From Narcine bancroftii (taxonomy: Eukaryota): DNA of 64,000 nucleotides. The position numbers and the translations under genes were made by a program. The notes beneath the pieces are model-generated. The model made no database searches. It saw nothing but the letters and a program-made list of their open reading frames with translations, and was not told the origin of the DNA. The stretch covers positions 11,966,001-12,030,000 of the forward strand of contig NC_091477.1 in NCBI RefSeq assembly GCF_036971445.1, read 5' to 3'. Below, one piece after another: positions 48,830 through 61,884 of this stretch. Within the stretch, counting starts at the first letter, position 1. Every line of letters starts with the position of its first letter.

Positions 48830-49572
48830 AGTAAACAAGGTGGGGGGGGGGGGCGAGTAATTGTAATATTATTGTTCATTTTACAGGCAGCTCTGTGGTG
48901 GGGGATGAACCTGCAGATGCTTTCAAAGAATGTTACTGAAAGTAAATGCTACAAGGTTTATATATTCATGCAAGTGAAATTTGTTCATTGTAAGTACAGT
49001 GCAGTATTTTTGCACTTTTATACTGTTTATTCTTTTTAAAATATTTTTATTAAGTTTAATTAAAAAAATACAGTGAAACCCTGATTCAATGCGAATTCTG
49101 ATTATAATGTGATCAGTTGAGCTGCCAGCAGAAGTGGGGACCTCAGGCTTGCAGATTGATTTAAAATGTATACAGAATAACTGGGATGTTCCAAATAAAG
49201 AAGAAATGGAAATGATGTAGGTATGCAAATTTAACAGGGAAATACAGTGGAACCCCAATTTAGCATGAACTTCCCCCACCCCCCCTCCTTTTTTCCGTGA
49301 TAAGATTTTATGGACCTCAACGATTGCGTTATAATGGGGTTTCAATGTACACACAAATCCAATACATAAACTGGAATATAAGAAAAGACAGATAATTTGT
49401 ACATTTCAAATAAAAGCTTGGTCATACATAGTACAAATTACTGTTTTATACTCTTTATTCTTAATGCAGGTATATTAGTTAGGCATTATAAGGGTATGTC
49501 ACAAACAACTGGAAAATGCATTTACCTGGCATCTACCAATCCCATAGGTGCCAGATATGCGGGTTTTACTGT
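48830..49572. mobile_element. Tigger/pogo-like non-autonomous element with a nested MITE (49071-49347)
   Basis: Homologous to 60390-60662 and ends GGGTTTTACTG. The nested element is TA-CAGTGAAACCC...GGGGTTTCAATG-TA. Confidence 0.65.
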
Positions 49573-49639
49573 CTATTCCTTTGCCAGTATTTCCTTCCTG
49601 GATTTGACATCTTATATTCCAAGTTATTTGTACAATTTA

Positions 49640-50400
49640 TTCCTGTCTAAATGCTTTGGAGGAATATCAAATTTGCAGGAAAGAACTCAAGCAGGGCATG
49701 AAGAAGGCCAAAGGTGCATGAGATGTCCTTGGTGGGCAAGATTGAATTTTTGGAGGAGGTGAGGGTAAGGCAGTGGATGTTGTATACATGGAGTTTAGTC
49801 AGGCATTTCACAAGGTACTTCATGGTAGGCTGATCCAGAAGATACAGATGCAGTGAGTTAATAGTTTGGGTATGAAATTGACTGGCCCATGGAAGAGTTC
49901 TGTGCCTAGTCATGTTCTGCAGGGATGGATGTTGGGATCTAGGACATTGTAGAAAAAGGATACAGATTAATTGCAGATATGGGCAGATGGAGCTTAATCC
50001 AGACTTGTGTGAGATGTTGCACTTTGGAAGGACAAATGTAAGGGGAATATATGCATTGTATGCAGTTACTGGGCAGTACACTTAAAAACACTCTTATGCA
50101 GAAGATTTTGGGGCCATCAAGTAGATAGGGTGGCATCCCTGCCTTCATTGGCAGGACATTTAGTACAAAAACATCAAATTATGGTTCGGGCGCACTTGGA
50201 ATACTCTGCAATTCTGGAAGAATGTGGAGACTTCGGAAAGAGAGCAAAAGAGGTTTACCAGGATGTTGCCTGGTTTAGAGGGTGTGTGTGTTATGGGGAA
50301 AGCTTGAATAAACTTGAATTGTTTTGTCTGGAGCATAAGATGCTGAGGGCTAGCTAATAGAAATGGTAATAGAAGCAGGTACAATAGCAGCATTTATGAG
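49640..50400 (+). mobile_element. Decayed CR1 fragment
   Basis: AVDVVYMEFSQAF.KV.H.RL, CEMLHFG and VRAHLEY motifs. Confidence 0.75.
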
Positions 50401-50417
50401 GCCTTTATAATCTAGAG

Positions 50418-51412
50418 CAGGGGTGTCAAACTCAAATTCACGGAGGGCCAAAATTAAAAACTTGGACTAAGTCGAGGGCCGAACTAAATATTTATTGAAA
50501 ATTTTCAACAACATTGTTTTCTCTTCTTTCAACATATGTAATGTTAAACTTTTTCTTATTAAAATAAATGTTTAATAATAGTTTTGGATAAACTCTTTCC
50601 AGAAGCATTAACAAATGAGAAATAAAATATTCAATAAATAATGTTTCTCTTTAGAGGATTTGTCAAATGTTGCCAGTGTGCTGTCGAATAGTAAAATCTG
50701 AGGGCTATTGAGAATGTGGGAGAATAACATGATTCCTGAAACATTCAAATGGGTGACTGATTGTGGGCATGAACTCTAGCAGGGTTATTTGCCATGCTCT
50801 TTTTCCATTGGTACAGATATCCTTTGATTTACACACTTTTCAAGTTTTATGCCTAATGAGCTTGTTTCCAGGTGCAGGACCATTTTTAACCAGGAATATA
50901 TTTATCACTGTGACATGAAACTATTGGAAGATCGTTTTATCCTGAGATTAAAGTTCATAATCCTTACTCAGGCCTGTGTGCGGGAGGGCGGGGTTTGCAG
51001 GCGATCGGGTTGGACAACGACAGTGCGGGGGCATCGGCTCTCGCTGCAGGGCGGCATCTCGGCGGATCAGCGGCCCCGTCACCGTGAGTCGCGGGTCGGC
51101 CTGCGGCAGGGAGGGGGAGTGGGCAATGGTCCTGGCGAGGTCAGGCCCGAGGCCTCCGGTTCCGGGCGCTGGGAAGCAGCTTTGGCTTCCCCTGACACCG
51201 GCCAGGCCCCAAAACCACAGTCCACGGTGAGACCCTGCAACGTAAACAGAGGAGGTGGGGGCGATTAGCGGGCTGACGCCAATGCATTCTGGGATTTGTT
51301 GTATTACTGTGCATGCGCTATACTGGCGCGATGGCCAGCGGGCCACCTCTAATACATTTTTGAAATGATCTTGCGGGCCAAATTTGGCCCGCGGGCCAGA
51401 GTTTGACATGTG
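50418..51412. mobile_element. hAT-Charlie-like non-autonomous element with a CpG-rich interior
   Basis: CAGGGGTGTCAAACTC ... GGCCCGCGGGCCAGAGTTTGACATGTG termini. Left flank ATCTAGAG is the Charlie target consensus; the right TSD is missing. Confidence 0.75.
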
Positions 51413-53553
51413 ATAGGAACTAGCCACCTCATGTAGATATCCTCGATGGAGTGAAGTCTGGTGCCTGTGATGTCGCAGGCTGAGTTAACAACCCTCTGGA
51501 GTTCATTCTTATCCTGAGAGTTGGCGCATCTATGTCAGAAAGTTACACAACCAGCCAGAATATTCTCCACGGTACACCTGGATTACAGGATTAGGTAACA
51601 AATAGGTGGGACAAATGGGCGTTTCTCTGGTTTGCAAAGAGCGCTTAGTGAGTTGCCTCAGGCTCAGGTGTTAACGCAGGGTCCATCACTCCTCACAATA
51701 TGCAGAAATGATTTGCAGGAGGGGAGCAAGTTTAGTGCATCAAAGTTTGCTGATGTCACTAAATTGAGTGGAAAAGGGAAATGTGTAGTGGACACAAAAT
51801 CAGCAGATAGGTTAGATGAGTGGACAAAAATCTGCAGATGTAACACCATATCAGTCAATATGAGGTCATCCACCCTGGAATGAAAAGCAGTAGACAGGAC
51901 TATTATTTAAATGTTGATATCTTGCAGCCTGCTGGTGTGCAGAGAGACAAAGGAATGTTTGTGAATATCAGAGTAGGCACAGAAGGTTGTGATCTTATCT
52001 TATATCCAAAGGTTTTAAATGGACCAGAGGCTGGATATAGTGAATTTATATGGTGGCTGGTTATACTTTGGCCCTCGATGTTCTGCCGATCCATATAAAC
52101 CTACTCAACAAATGAAACCTTCTCCTTTTCACACCCATAGCTCTCTATTTTCTTGAATCCACATGCCTGAGTCTTAAATGTCCCTATTGAACTCTGTTAA
52201 AGAAAAAAACTTGCTACTGGTGATTCCCCTGAATTTGCCTCCCCTCACCTGGTACAGATGTCCTCAGGTGTCTGCTACTCTTGCCCCAGGACAAAGGTGC
52301 TGGGACATCTATTTCTCTCATAATCTTATAAACCTCTATAAAGTCACCTCTTGACCTTCTTCGTGTTATGTTTGCTTTAATGAGCCCTCCCTCTAGATGT
52401 GTTTTTCATATACAATAAAACCCCTGTTATCTGGATTTCAAGCAACTTGAGTGACCAGCAAAAATATTGCAGAAAAGAAATAAGTGAAAAATATGGAAAC
52501 TTAATATTGGTTTGGCTCGCGGTTAGTTCACCAATCACTCAAAACTCAACCTCAACCAATCAGAAAATACATGCATCTGGAATCTACTAATCCCCACAGG
52601 TGCAGGATATCAGTTTTTCTTTTTACCTCCGGTATCACATAATTTTTTTTTTAAAAGCCTGGGGTAAGGCAGAAAATTGAAATCGAAGTGAGATGTATTT
52701 AACCAGAGAGGACGAGGATGTTTGTTTACTTGTTACCTTGGGACTGCAAGGATTGTTATAATTGTTATAATGTTTGTAAATTTGCTTTCTGTTAATTGTC
52801 TGTGATATACTCAAGCATGAATTTGCAAATATAGAAAGATTAATAAATAGCAAAATGATTCTTCATGAATTCAATATCATAAAGTGAAGTAAAATATGTA
52901 TCATTGGGCAGATACAGTTCTTGTCCAGGCAAGATGTAGTCTGGCTGCAGGGCCTTAAATAATGACATTAATGGGCCAATACACCTTTTCTTGACTTTTG
53001 ATAAGAAAATCTATGACTGTCTTAAGTTATTCTTGCAATTTTTACAAATAGGCAGACATTCAGCATGTTGTGTCTACTTCAATTCTCAATTCCCCTGGGT
53101 TCCACACTATCCTTCACCCTATCCTTCAGCATCGCCAATAGAAGTTGGCTGGTGGTGGGTTAATTGGTCACTCGAGGTTATCATGAACCTTGGCGGTTGT
53201 CTGGAGCATCAGTCAGGAGTTATTAGGCATGTGGAGAGCATAGGTCGCAAGGAAATAAATGAGGAGTAGGATTGGGATTGCTGAGTAAACTAGTACAGAC
53301 TCAATGGTTCAAACGTCCTTCTACATTCTGAGAAATGAATGGATAAAATGAGCCGAACAACTGGGTAAAACACAAAAGTCTGCAGATGACATGATTGAAT
53401 GCTGGAGAAACTCAGCAGGTCAAACAGTACACTTTATATACCATAGTATAAAGATGAAGATACATAACCAATATTTTGAGCCTCAGCCCTCCAAGGTGAC
53501 TGAAGAATAGAATCAGATGGGCATAACCAAAATTACAATTTCCTGAAGTGCTC

Positions 53554-54534
53554 AATTTGCATTTTCTTCAAGGCTTGTTCCACTTCTTCTTTCATTATAG
53601 TTGGGCCCTTGTCGTGGTTGTCAATGTCAAAGTTGTCTTGGTCTTTGTTGTCGTATAGATCTTTGGTATTTTCTGACCATTTTTGCATTCTTTTTCCATA
53701 ATTGTCGAACCGCCTTTTGTTTTTATACATCCTGTTGTTAACCCGCTTTTCTTCTGATTTGTGACCTCTTTAATCTCATCGTGCATGCGTTTACTGCTGT
53801 TGGTCTTCTGCAATCGCTTTATTAACTCATATTTGTCCTTAAGCCACATTTATTTTGCTTCCTTGCACTTAGTTGTTATTTAATGCATGCAGGGATGCGT
53901 ATTTTCCTTACATTTTCTCCTTTGTTTCTTAAGATTTAGAATTTCATCTGTCATCCATTTCTTTTTTTTTTACCTTTTTTTCTGTTGTTTGGGAATCTCC
54001 TCTTGCTTGTGTTATCTCTGAGGTTTTCCCATTGCTGTTCTATAACAGTGGTGTTTTGTAGAGCCTCCAATTTGTTCTTCACTGTTACTTGGAATTCATT
54101 GGATCTCAGCTGCTACATTCTTCCTACGTTGATGTACGGCTGCAAGTCATGGACCATCACAAATGCAATGGAGGAAAAAGAATCTATGCAGTAGAGATGT
54201 GGTTTCTCAGAAGAATGCTACGCATATCGTACACGGACAGGATAACAAATGAGGAAGTTCTGCAAAGAACAAAAACAAAATGTGCATTACTTAAATGAAT
54301 CAGAAAACAGGAATCAAAATTCTCTGGACACAGCATACCTTAGAAGATTTAGTTATAACTGGACAGCTGGAAGGAAAAAGAAGCCGAGGCAGACAGAGAA
54401 TGAAAATGATAGACAGATTAACATCAGGGTTAGAAACAGGTGAGGCAACAACTACAATGCAGAGGGTCAGAGTCCATGATGGATGGAGAGACATGATTGG
54501 CCAGGCTGAACAGCAAGGCACTTGAACGAACGAA
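53554..54534. mobile_element. RTE-clade LINE insertion with an inverted 5' segment
   Basis: 53554-~54106 codes on minus (KWMTDEIL, EEVEQALKKM); ~54107-54534 codes on plus (CYILPTLMYGC, EMWFLRRMLRISYTDRITNEEVL, GQLEGKRSRGRQR) with a (GAAC)n tail; 10-bp TSD TGAAGTGCTC at 53544-53553 and 54535-54544. Confidence 0.9.
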
Positions 54535-54961
54535 TGAAGTGCTCGATAAGTTGGTCAGCAACACTTCTTCAGTCCATTGATCTGAAATCATTACTTCTCT
54601 GTTTTCAGGTGCGCCTGGGTATTTCCAGCATTTTGTGTTTACATCTTCTGCAAATAGTTGTTTTAGTTGGTAAACAAATTGTGTTTCCTTCCTTTTTACT
54701 TCCAAAAAAAGGGAAAGGACTAGTTGATTGTGCACAGCAAGGCAAAGGATATGAAATGAATTGGCTAATCCAACATTCTCCTTACGAATTTTTCAAAAGA
54801 TGTTCTTCACTTCCAACGGTGCAGTCACATGCACTGTGGAATAGGTCCAGATTTTCCCATCACGAGGAGCAGACTCCTTTCAGGGCATTTCGAATGAGAC
54901 TGCTAATTTTGTGGAAGTGTTGGTTGTTTTGCATTTGGATAGATGAATTTTTGAGAATGAA

Positions 54962-55195
54962 GGCGGCCCGGTTAGCGAAATGGTTAGCACAACATTATTA
55001 CAGCACCAGCGAAAGGGGTTAGAATCTGGTGCTGTCTCTAAGGAGTTTTTAATGTTCTTCCTCTGGATGCATGAGTTTCGTTCCACCCTTCAAAAAAAAA
55101 ATACCAGGTTTGTAGGTTAATTTAGGTGTTACTGGGCAGCATGGCCTTGTGGGCCAAAAGGGCCTGTTACCGTGCTGTGTGTCTAAATTTAAAAA
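54962..55195 (+). mobile_element. V-SINE copy
   Basis: Same head and tail as 7752-7997 and 32313-32535. Confidence 0.7.
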
Positions 55196-55767
55196 TTGAC
55201 AAGACTTCTACAAACTTTGAGAAAAGGAAATTTGCATCTCATTTTATTTCCCAAATTTATGGGTGTTTTATTTCCTTTGTGGTTAAAAAATCTCTTGTCA
55301 TTTTAACACATTAATCAAATGCTTATGACAAAAACAAATCACTGTATTCTGTTCCATTAATCAATAATTCATTTAGCAATAAAGTTTAGTATTAAATGAG
55401 GTTTTCCCATAGTAATTTTTTTGAACAAGGCCACCCTGATAGGTCTGTCATGCGTTCTTAAGAAGCAATGCAACTTTTTTTTTGTCTCTTGTGGCACGAG
55501 ATACTGACAGTTTCTGTGATCTAGTACCAGCTAAACAATTGCAGCAGATTCAATGCAACCTACTGTTTGCTTCATTGCAGATTGAAAATAAAGTTGTTGC
55601 AGGAACAGAAGAAATCTAAACCAGTTGTCCAGCTAACATGAACCTTCAGGTCATTTGAAGAGTTCTCAGTACATCTTTTCCTGAAATTGGATTTCATTGC
55701 GAGGTGAATGGGGACGGACAAATAAAGTCACGGGAAAAGACTTAATATTACAGTAAAACTCCAATTT

Positions 55768-56219
55768 CACTAGACAACAATTTTTTTTTCCAAAAGATTT
55801 ACTTCCTGGAAAAAAAAAGGGGATCATGAAAGATTACTTCAAACTGAACGCAAAGATAATTTCAGATTTGCTGTATCATGTAAGAAGTTGGAGAAACATT
55901 TAATTAAGTTTTATTCAATTTAACCTGATTAATTGCATCGGGATGCTGACACATTGTGTTAGTTCAACTGACCTAAAAATGTTTTGCCGCTGATTTTCGA
56001 TTGTACTCAGCATCTGATGCCTCTCGTGTCAGTGTCTAACAATAGTCAACCAACATTGATGGATTCCAATTGCCATGATGATGCCTTACCATGGCCACAA
56101 TGGATGTATCTAAAAAAAAGTATATGATGGGAAAATTTTAAGGTGATTTTTGTGACCAGCACCCAAAAACCATAAATGTCCCCAAAAATATTCAGGAAGC
56201 AATATCTTTGTTTTCAGTG
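55768..56219 (-). mobile_element. Short Chapaev3-like deletion derivative (452 bp)
   Basis: CACTAGACAACAA...TTTGTTTTCAGTG termini, flanks TTT/TTA; both ends homologous to 30345-31617. Confidence 0.72.
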
Positions 56220-57559
56220 TTATTAGAGGATCAGAGGCATTATGTGGGAGATTTTTTTTAAAAGTAAATATTAAATGAATTTTTTTAATGAAGTGGTATT
56301 AGTAGTAATGAGATCAACAACATGAGCACATACCTTGCTGTGTGAAGAAAGTGGAAGAATAGTTTGTATACAGCAAATTGATTGCATGGGGTGGTTTACC
56401 ATGGAGAACGGTTCAGGAACACTTGTCAGTAACGAAAGCACAGAATAGCATGCAGAAATGCGCATCAAGATTTTTTTTTCCCCCTCTGGTATAGAATTGG
56501 TACAAGCGAGATGGGTGAAATGGTCATATCTTTGCCGAAACCTTCACAATTTGTTGCGATATTTTTTTTATAAGAAAATTATTGAATCTGATCCAATTTC
56601 TTCTGCAGTGTTGCTCCAAATTATTTTTGCAATGCTATCAAGTGCCCCATATCTTGGAGCATTGATACAGTAAGCTCTATTTTGCAGCTGGTTTATTTTT
56701 GTCTTTGTTATGCAGTGGAGATTGGATGTACGATAAATTAGATTTGCTTATAATTTTTAATAAAATGTGATTGTGTGTGTTAACCCTGCAAGAAAAACAC
56801 AACTCAGATTTCATTCAAGCTTGAGGATAATCCTTCAAATGTCTTCCTGGGTCATCTGCCATTCAAGTACTAACCAGGCCTAATTATTTATGGTTTGCTT
56901 TTGAGATCAAACAGTACTGGATGCCATCAGACTAGTCGAGAAAGTTGGCATTTTAAAATTTGAATTAATTAATGAACCTGCATTAAAATATAGATAAAAT
57001 TTCAGTAGCTTTTTTTTGGAACTGCTGAATTTGCAGCATGGTAATGGAGCTTTCTGGTGCATGCATTCTGGCTGCTGCACCCATAAGATCCTATTAACCT
57101 TGTATGGCTTTGATATATAAACAGATAACATGGTATTGAAAGTATTGGTAATTCATGTTATGGTATGTGAATAGGTAGTGGAAAGATGCTATTGCAATAC
57201 ATTTATTTAAATGAAATAATCATTATAGTAAATCTTTAATATATTTGCATGAAATTCTGCCCAAAGAAATTGACAATGTTCTAAAGTTATTTTGGGACTA
57301 CGATATGCGGACTACTGCAAACTGATTTACTGAACATGGGTCTACCAATATATAAATTCTTCAGTGCTTTTCCAAAATATATACAGTATAAATATTTTAT
57401 TACAGGTGACTGTGATTTGATCGAGTATGGCATTTCATCATGGTTCTGGCTGAGCAAAATGATATTGCCATGTATTAATTCCAGCGCATATATTCTGTTC
57501 TCTAAAATGGTAGACATGCCTGCTCTGATGATGGACAGGAAGGATACTAGAGTTTGGAA

Positions 57560-58030
57560 TTATAGTTGGTCATGCTCCTTTTTTGGGATGGCCCTGGGGT
57601 CAAGAATGTCCTGCTTCCATTCTAGTTTTATGGGTTCTGAGGTGGCGAATGAAACCAAAGCAGACTCCTTGCAGGAGGTGCTTGATGTAGAGGATAGGAA
57701 GGGAGGTGGTGGTCTGTCTTCTACCATTTTTGCTGGGACTTTGCATGCTATCAAAGAAAAGACTTTGGGTTCTCAATGCCCAGCTACTCTGCCTTCATTT
57801 TGAGCATTTGTGAGTCAGGGTTTCACAAGAACCGATGAAGATGTTATGTTTTTCCAAAGATGCTTTAAGATCATCCTTATCTCTATTCACCTTGTCTTCT
57901 TTTATGCTGTGGTGAAGCTTTGGGTAAAAAGCCAATTTCTGGTGTCTTGGCTTTGTGAATGATTTAGCCCACCCATCAGAATAGAATTTGAGCAATGATG
58001 CTGGAAATGTTGGCCTGGGAGAGGATGAAG
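57560..58030 (-). mobile_element. Old RTE-like LINE 3' fragment
   Basis: Degenerate KDDLKASL and upstream RW-like motifs on the minus strand. Confidence 0.45.
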
Positions 58031-59061
58031 AAGATATCCCTGTGATGTTTCTTTTTTATTGTAATAAAGAAACTTGGGTTCTTTTAAAACAAGTATACTT
58101 TATTAGTTATAGAACTCATTCATGTCCCTGTGAAGGGATCCATTTTGAATCCAACTGAAGCTGCCAAAAACTAGTCTCTGACTCCCTCTAGTGGTCAGGA
58201 GGATCATTGGCATACAGAATGGACCTCATGGAGGGGGGCATCCATGGACCATGCCCTCCCAAATTAGTTATTGTGCCCCCCCCACCCACAACCCTAGCAT
58301 CAGTAGGGGGTTGCGGGCCATGGGAAAAGTCACCTCAGAGGCTCCACAGGGTGTGGCTCCGGCAGCGAGAGCATGTATCATCCCGAGTGTGACAGGAATG
58401 GGATAGCCTGAGAGCCCCTAGTTGCTTGAGTGACTGACACTTCTTACCCAAACATATTCACAAAGGTTGTCAATGGGGCCAAAAATAAGACAAGCGAAAA
58501 CTGACCTCAGCAGCAGCCAGCACGCAAGTGTGGATGGAGAAAGTCTGGGGGATGTGTCTGTATGTATGGGAATAAATCCAGCAATTGTTACTGGGGTCTA
58601 CCAGAACCATACAGATCTCATGGAAACCATTCTCTTGTGAATTTCAGGTGCTGACAGTCACCAGAGACCATATTAAAAGAATGAACAAACAAACAAGATT
58701 AAATTGAAAGCCATGTTCTGCACTAGCCTGACGGACATTTGTCAGCGGTGGAAAACCTCGTTGTTTGGAAGACTGCAATTTTAATTTGCAGTTGTAGATC
58801 ACTCCCCACCCACCGCACCGCTGAGAGAGTTCTCAAATGGCTGTTTGTGCCTCCCCTACCAGAACACTAATGCACCCTCCCTCCCCCCCCCCACCCCCAG
58901 ATTAGCTCTCATCTGACACCGACACTGTTAGCACTCTATCACTACACTAAGCTGACTGTGAATTCGGAACATTGCAGGAGACAGTGTGATTCCACTGGTT
59001 TGCGGTCGTCCATGATTGGAAAAACAAAATGGAGTCAAGGGATCATTGTTATTCTGTTGAC

Positions 59062-59431
59062 CAGTGGTTTTCAAACTGCCCCCCCTAAACTCACAATCCA
59101 CCTTAAATAATCCCTGTGACATAAGTGCTCTGTGATTAGTAGGGGATTGCTTAAGGAGGTATGTGAGTGGAAAGAAAAAGGTTTGAAAACCACTGTTTTA
59201 ATCGTACCTCATTGACTCGTTATGTGCACGGTTTTAGAACCAAAGGAAATGGGCCAATGACAATTTTTCTCAAGCAAAATATTTCAGTAACAATAGAGTC
59301 TAGAGCAGTGATTCTCAGCCTTCCCTTCCCACTCACATACCACCTTGAGCAATCCCTTACTAATCACAGAACACTTTTGGCATTGCTTAGGGTGGAATGT
59401 GAGTTTAGGGAGGCAGTTTGAAAACCCTCTG
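59062..59431. mobile_element. Composite hAT-Charlie-like MITE, copy 2
   Basis: Units 59062-59195 and 59306-59431 around a spacer homologous to 22472-22583; flanks CTGTTGAC / CTGTAGTC (6 of 8 match). Confidence 0.85.
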
Positions 59432-59988
59432 CTGTAGTCCATGAGATTCATGTTGGGTTTACTATTTTCCTCAGGTGGCTTGAGGATGTAGTAAAACACT
59501 GCAGGCACACGGACAGACAAAACACACATACAGACAGTGATACATAACAAATGATGCACTGTCAGAAACACTTAACTGATTTTAAAATGCTTTCTGGTGT
59601 AGAGATGGGGAAGGTACATTGCAAATGTGTATATTTTTAAAAAGATGAGAGATCTGCAGATCTGCCAAAAAATATTTTCCATTGACCAACTTCTCTCTCA
59701 CCACACCTTGTTCATTCTCCTCCAATCGGCTCTATCTGCCCAGCATTTCCCTTCTCTGTCATCTTGTTCCACCTGTCACCCACCATCCTCTGTCTCACCC
59801 TTTCTCTTCTATCTGGCAATCTACTTTCTGCACTCTTAGTTCTGATGCAGGTACTTGAACAGAGATATCAATCATCCCCATGCTTGACCTGCTGAGTTCT
59901 TAAGGATATTGCTTCAAATTGCATCATCTACATTCTCTTGTGTATCCATTCTACACATTCCTAGCTGAAATGTACATATTTAACAGTG

Positions 59989-60662
59989 CAGTAAAACACC
60001 TGTTAATCCGAATTTAAGCAACTGGCAACCTCAAATTGAGGAAAATAAATAAAAACATGAAATAAATGAAAATGTAAGTAAAGGTATTACATTGTAAATG
60101 TTCTCTGAAGTAACACATAAACCTCTGTTGAAGATGGGAGCAAATATTCAGCCAGCGGAAGGCCTTGGTCGTGCTTTGCTTGTAGCAGCAGTTGAATAAA
60201 GTTGTGTTTGAATGAAATGGCGTCGCCCAGGATGAAGAGCTGGTTAATTCTGCTCGCTGTTGGGGTGACTCTTAAAATGCCTCCTTATCCCTGCTTGATA
60301 AGGGAGGATTTTTTTTATTTGTACATTTTATCTGCATCGGTAAAATTAGGGGAGAGGGGATTAATTAAGATATGACTGTTCATCTTTCAGGCAGTTCTGT
60401 AGGTGGGGAGGAACCAACATTTGCAGCAATGGTTAAATGTTTTCAAAGAATATGACTGAAAATAAAGTGCTTTAAGGTTTATGCATTCATGCAAGTGAAG
60501 TTTGTTCAGTGTATGTACAGCATAGTACTTTTGTCTTTTAATTGGCTTATTCTTAATGCAGATATTCTTGGGCATTGTAAGAGTGAGTCTCAAGCATCTG
60601 GAAAACTCACTCATCTGGCATCTAACCATCCCCAAAGGTGCTGGATACCAGGGGTTTTACCA
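59989..60662. mobile_element. Tigger/pogo-like non-autonomous element
   Basis: CAGTAAAACACCTG...CAGGGGTTTTAC termini; related copies at 48830-49572 and ~52413-52620. Confidence 0.7.
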
Positions 60663-61884
60663 CATGTGGTAATTTATTAGAATGCAGGCATGATAATTGT
60701 AGAATTTGGGTTTCTATTACTAATCTGTTTGTTTCAGTGCAATGAATTAAATGGTCAGGGCGTATATTAAAGGTTGCTCAGGTCTGAGAAAACTAAAGGC
60801 AGAAGATTGTTCCTCTCCCATCATTAATCATCAACTGCATCATGAACAGCCCACAATAAACTCCTCAGTGTGTGAAATTGCATTTAGGTTTGTGACTGGG
60901 ACTACAGCCAAAGAGAGATTGGAGCCTCGAAATTTGTCATACATGACACATAAATTGACGTACTGTGTGGAAATTAATTAGAAGATACCAGTTGGCTTTT
61001 TATTCTCATAATGGAAGACCAAAAAAAAAGAAATAGCTTGTGAGAAATTCCAATGTGTTAATTCATGCTACAGAATTCAAATTATGGCAATCGTTTAACT
61101 GGAATTGGATCAAAATCGAAAAACTTGACGTTGAACCATTTGTGCCTTTTTTTAATGAGTAACTTGTTAAAATAGCCAGTTTCCTATTAAAACCATGTCC
61201 AGAATGAAACTGGATCCGACATTTGTAGATAGAAACGTCATGCAGTTGACGTTTTTTTCCAGTATTTTTATCGTACCTAATTATAAGTTTATTGACAGAA
61301 ATTTGTGCTTTTATTTTTAACACCTACTGAACCGTGAAGAAATCCCACAGCAAGATGATGAAGAGACGAGAACTACAGGGCCCTGAGTGGGCCTGCTTGA
61401 ATTATTAGTAGTGTTCCATTTTCACGCTTCATTGTTGGGTCTCGCACCATCTGCAGCAATTTTGGATAGGGGGGGGTGAATTGTGGTGTGATCTCTGCAT
61501 GGTAAGGGCTTTGGGGGCCACCCTGGATGGAATTTGATCTGCAAACACCACTCTGGTTTGACCCCCCTGACCACCTCCTTCAGCCAACCAAACTGGCTCA
61601 ACTTCCCTCATTCTCATGGTGAAATTTTGTGCTGTGGCTGCCAAGGAACTCCATATTAAAGCTTTGATCTACTTACAATGTCTCCTGGCAGCACAGATGC
61701 AACAGCTCCAAACATTTATGGCCTTTTAAAGCAGAAATCAGAGAGTAAACAATCAATGATTTTATTTTAAAGGGAACATTTATTTTTATTTTTATTTTTT
61801 TGACATCTTTACTTTTCCACTTAGCGATTTTGTACAAAGCAGTGGTAAAGCAAATTCAATACTGAGTCAGAGATTGGTGAGCAG

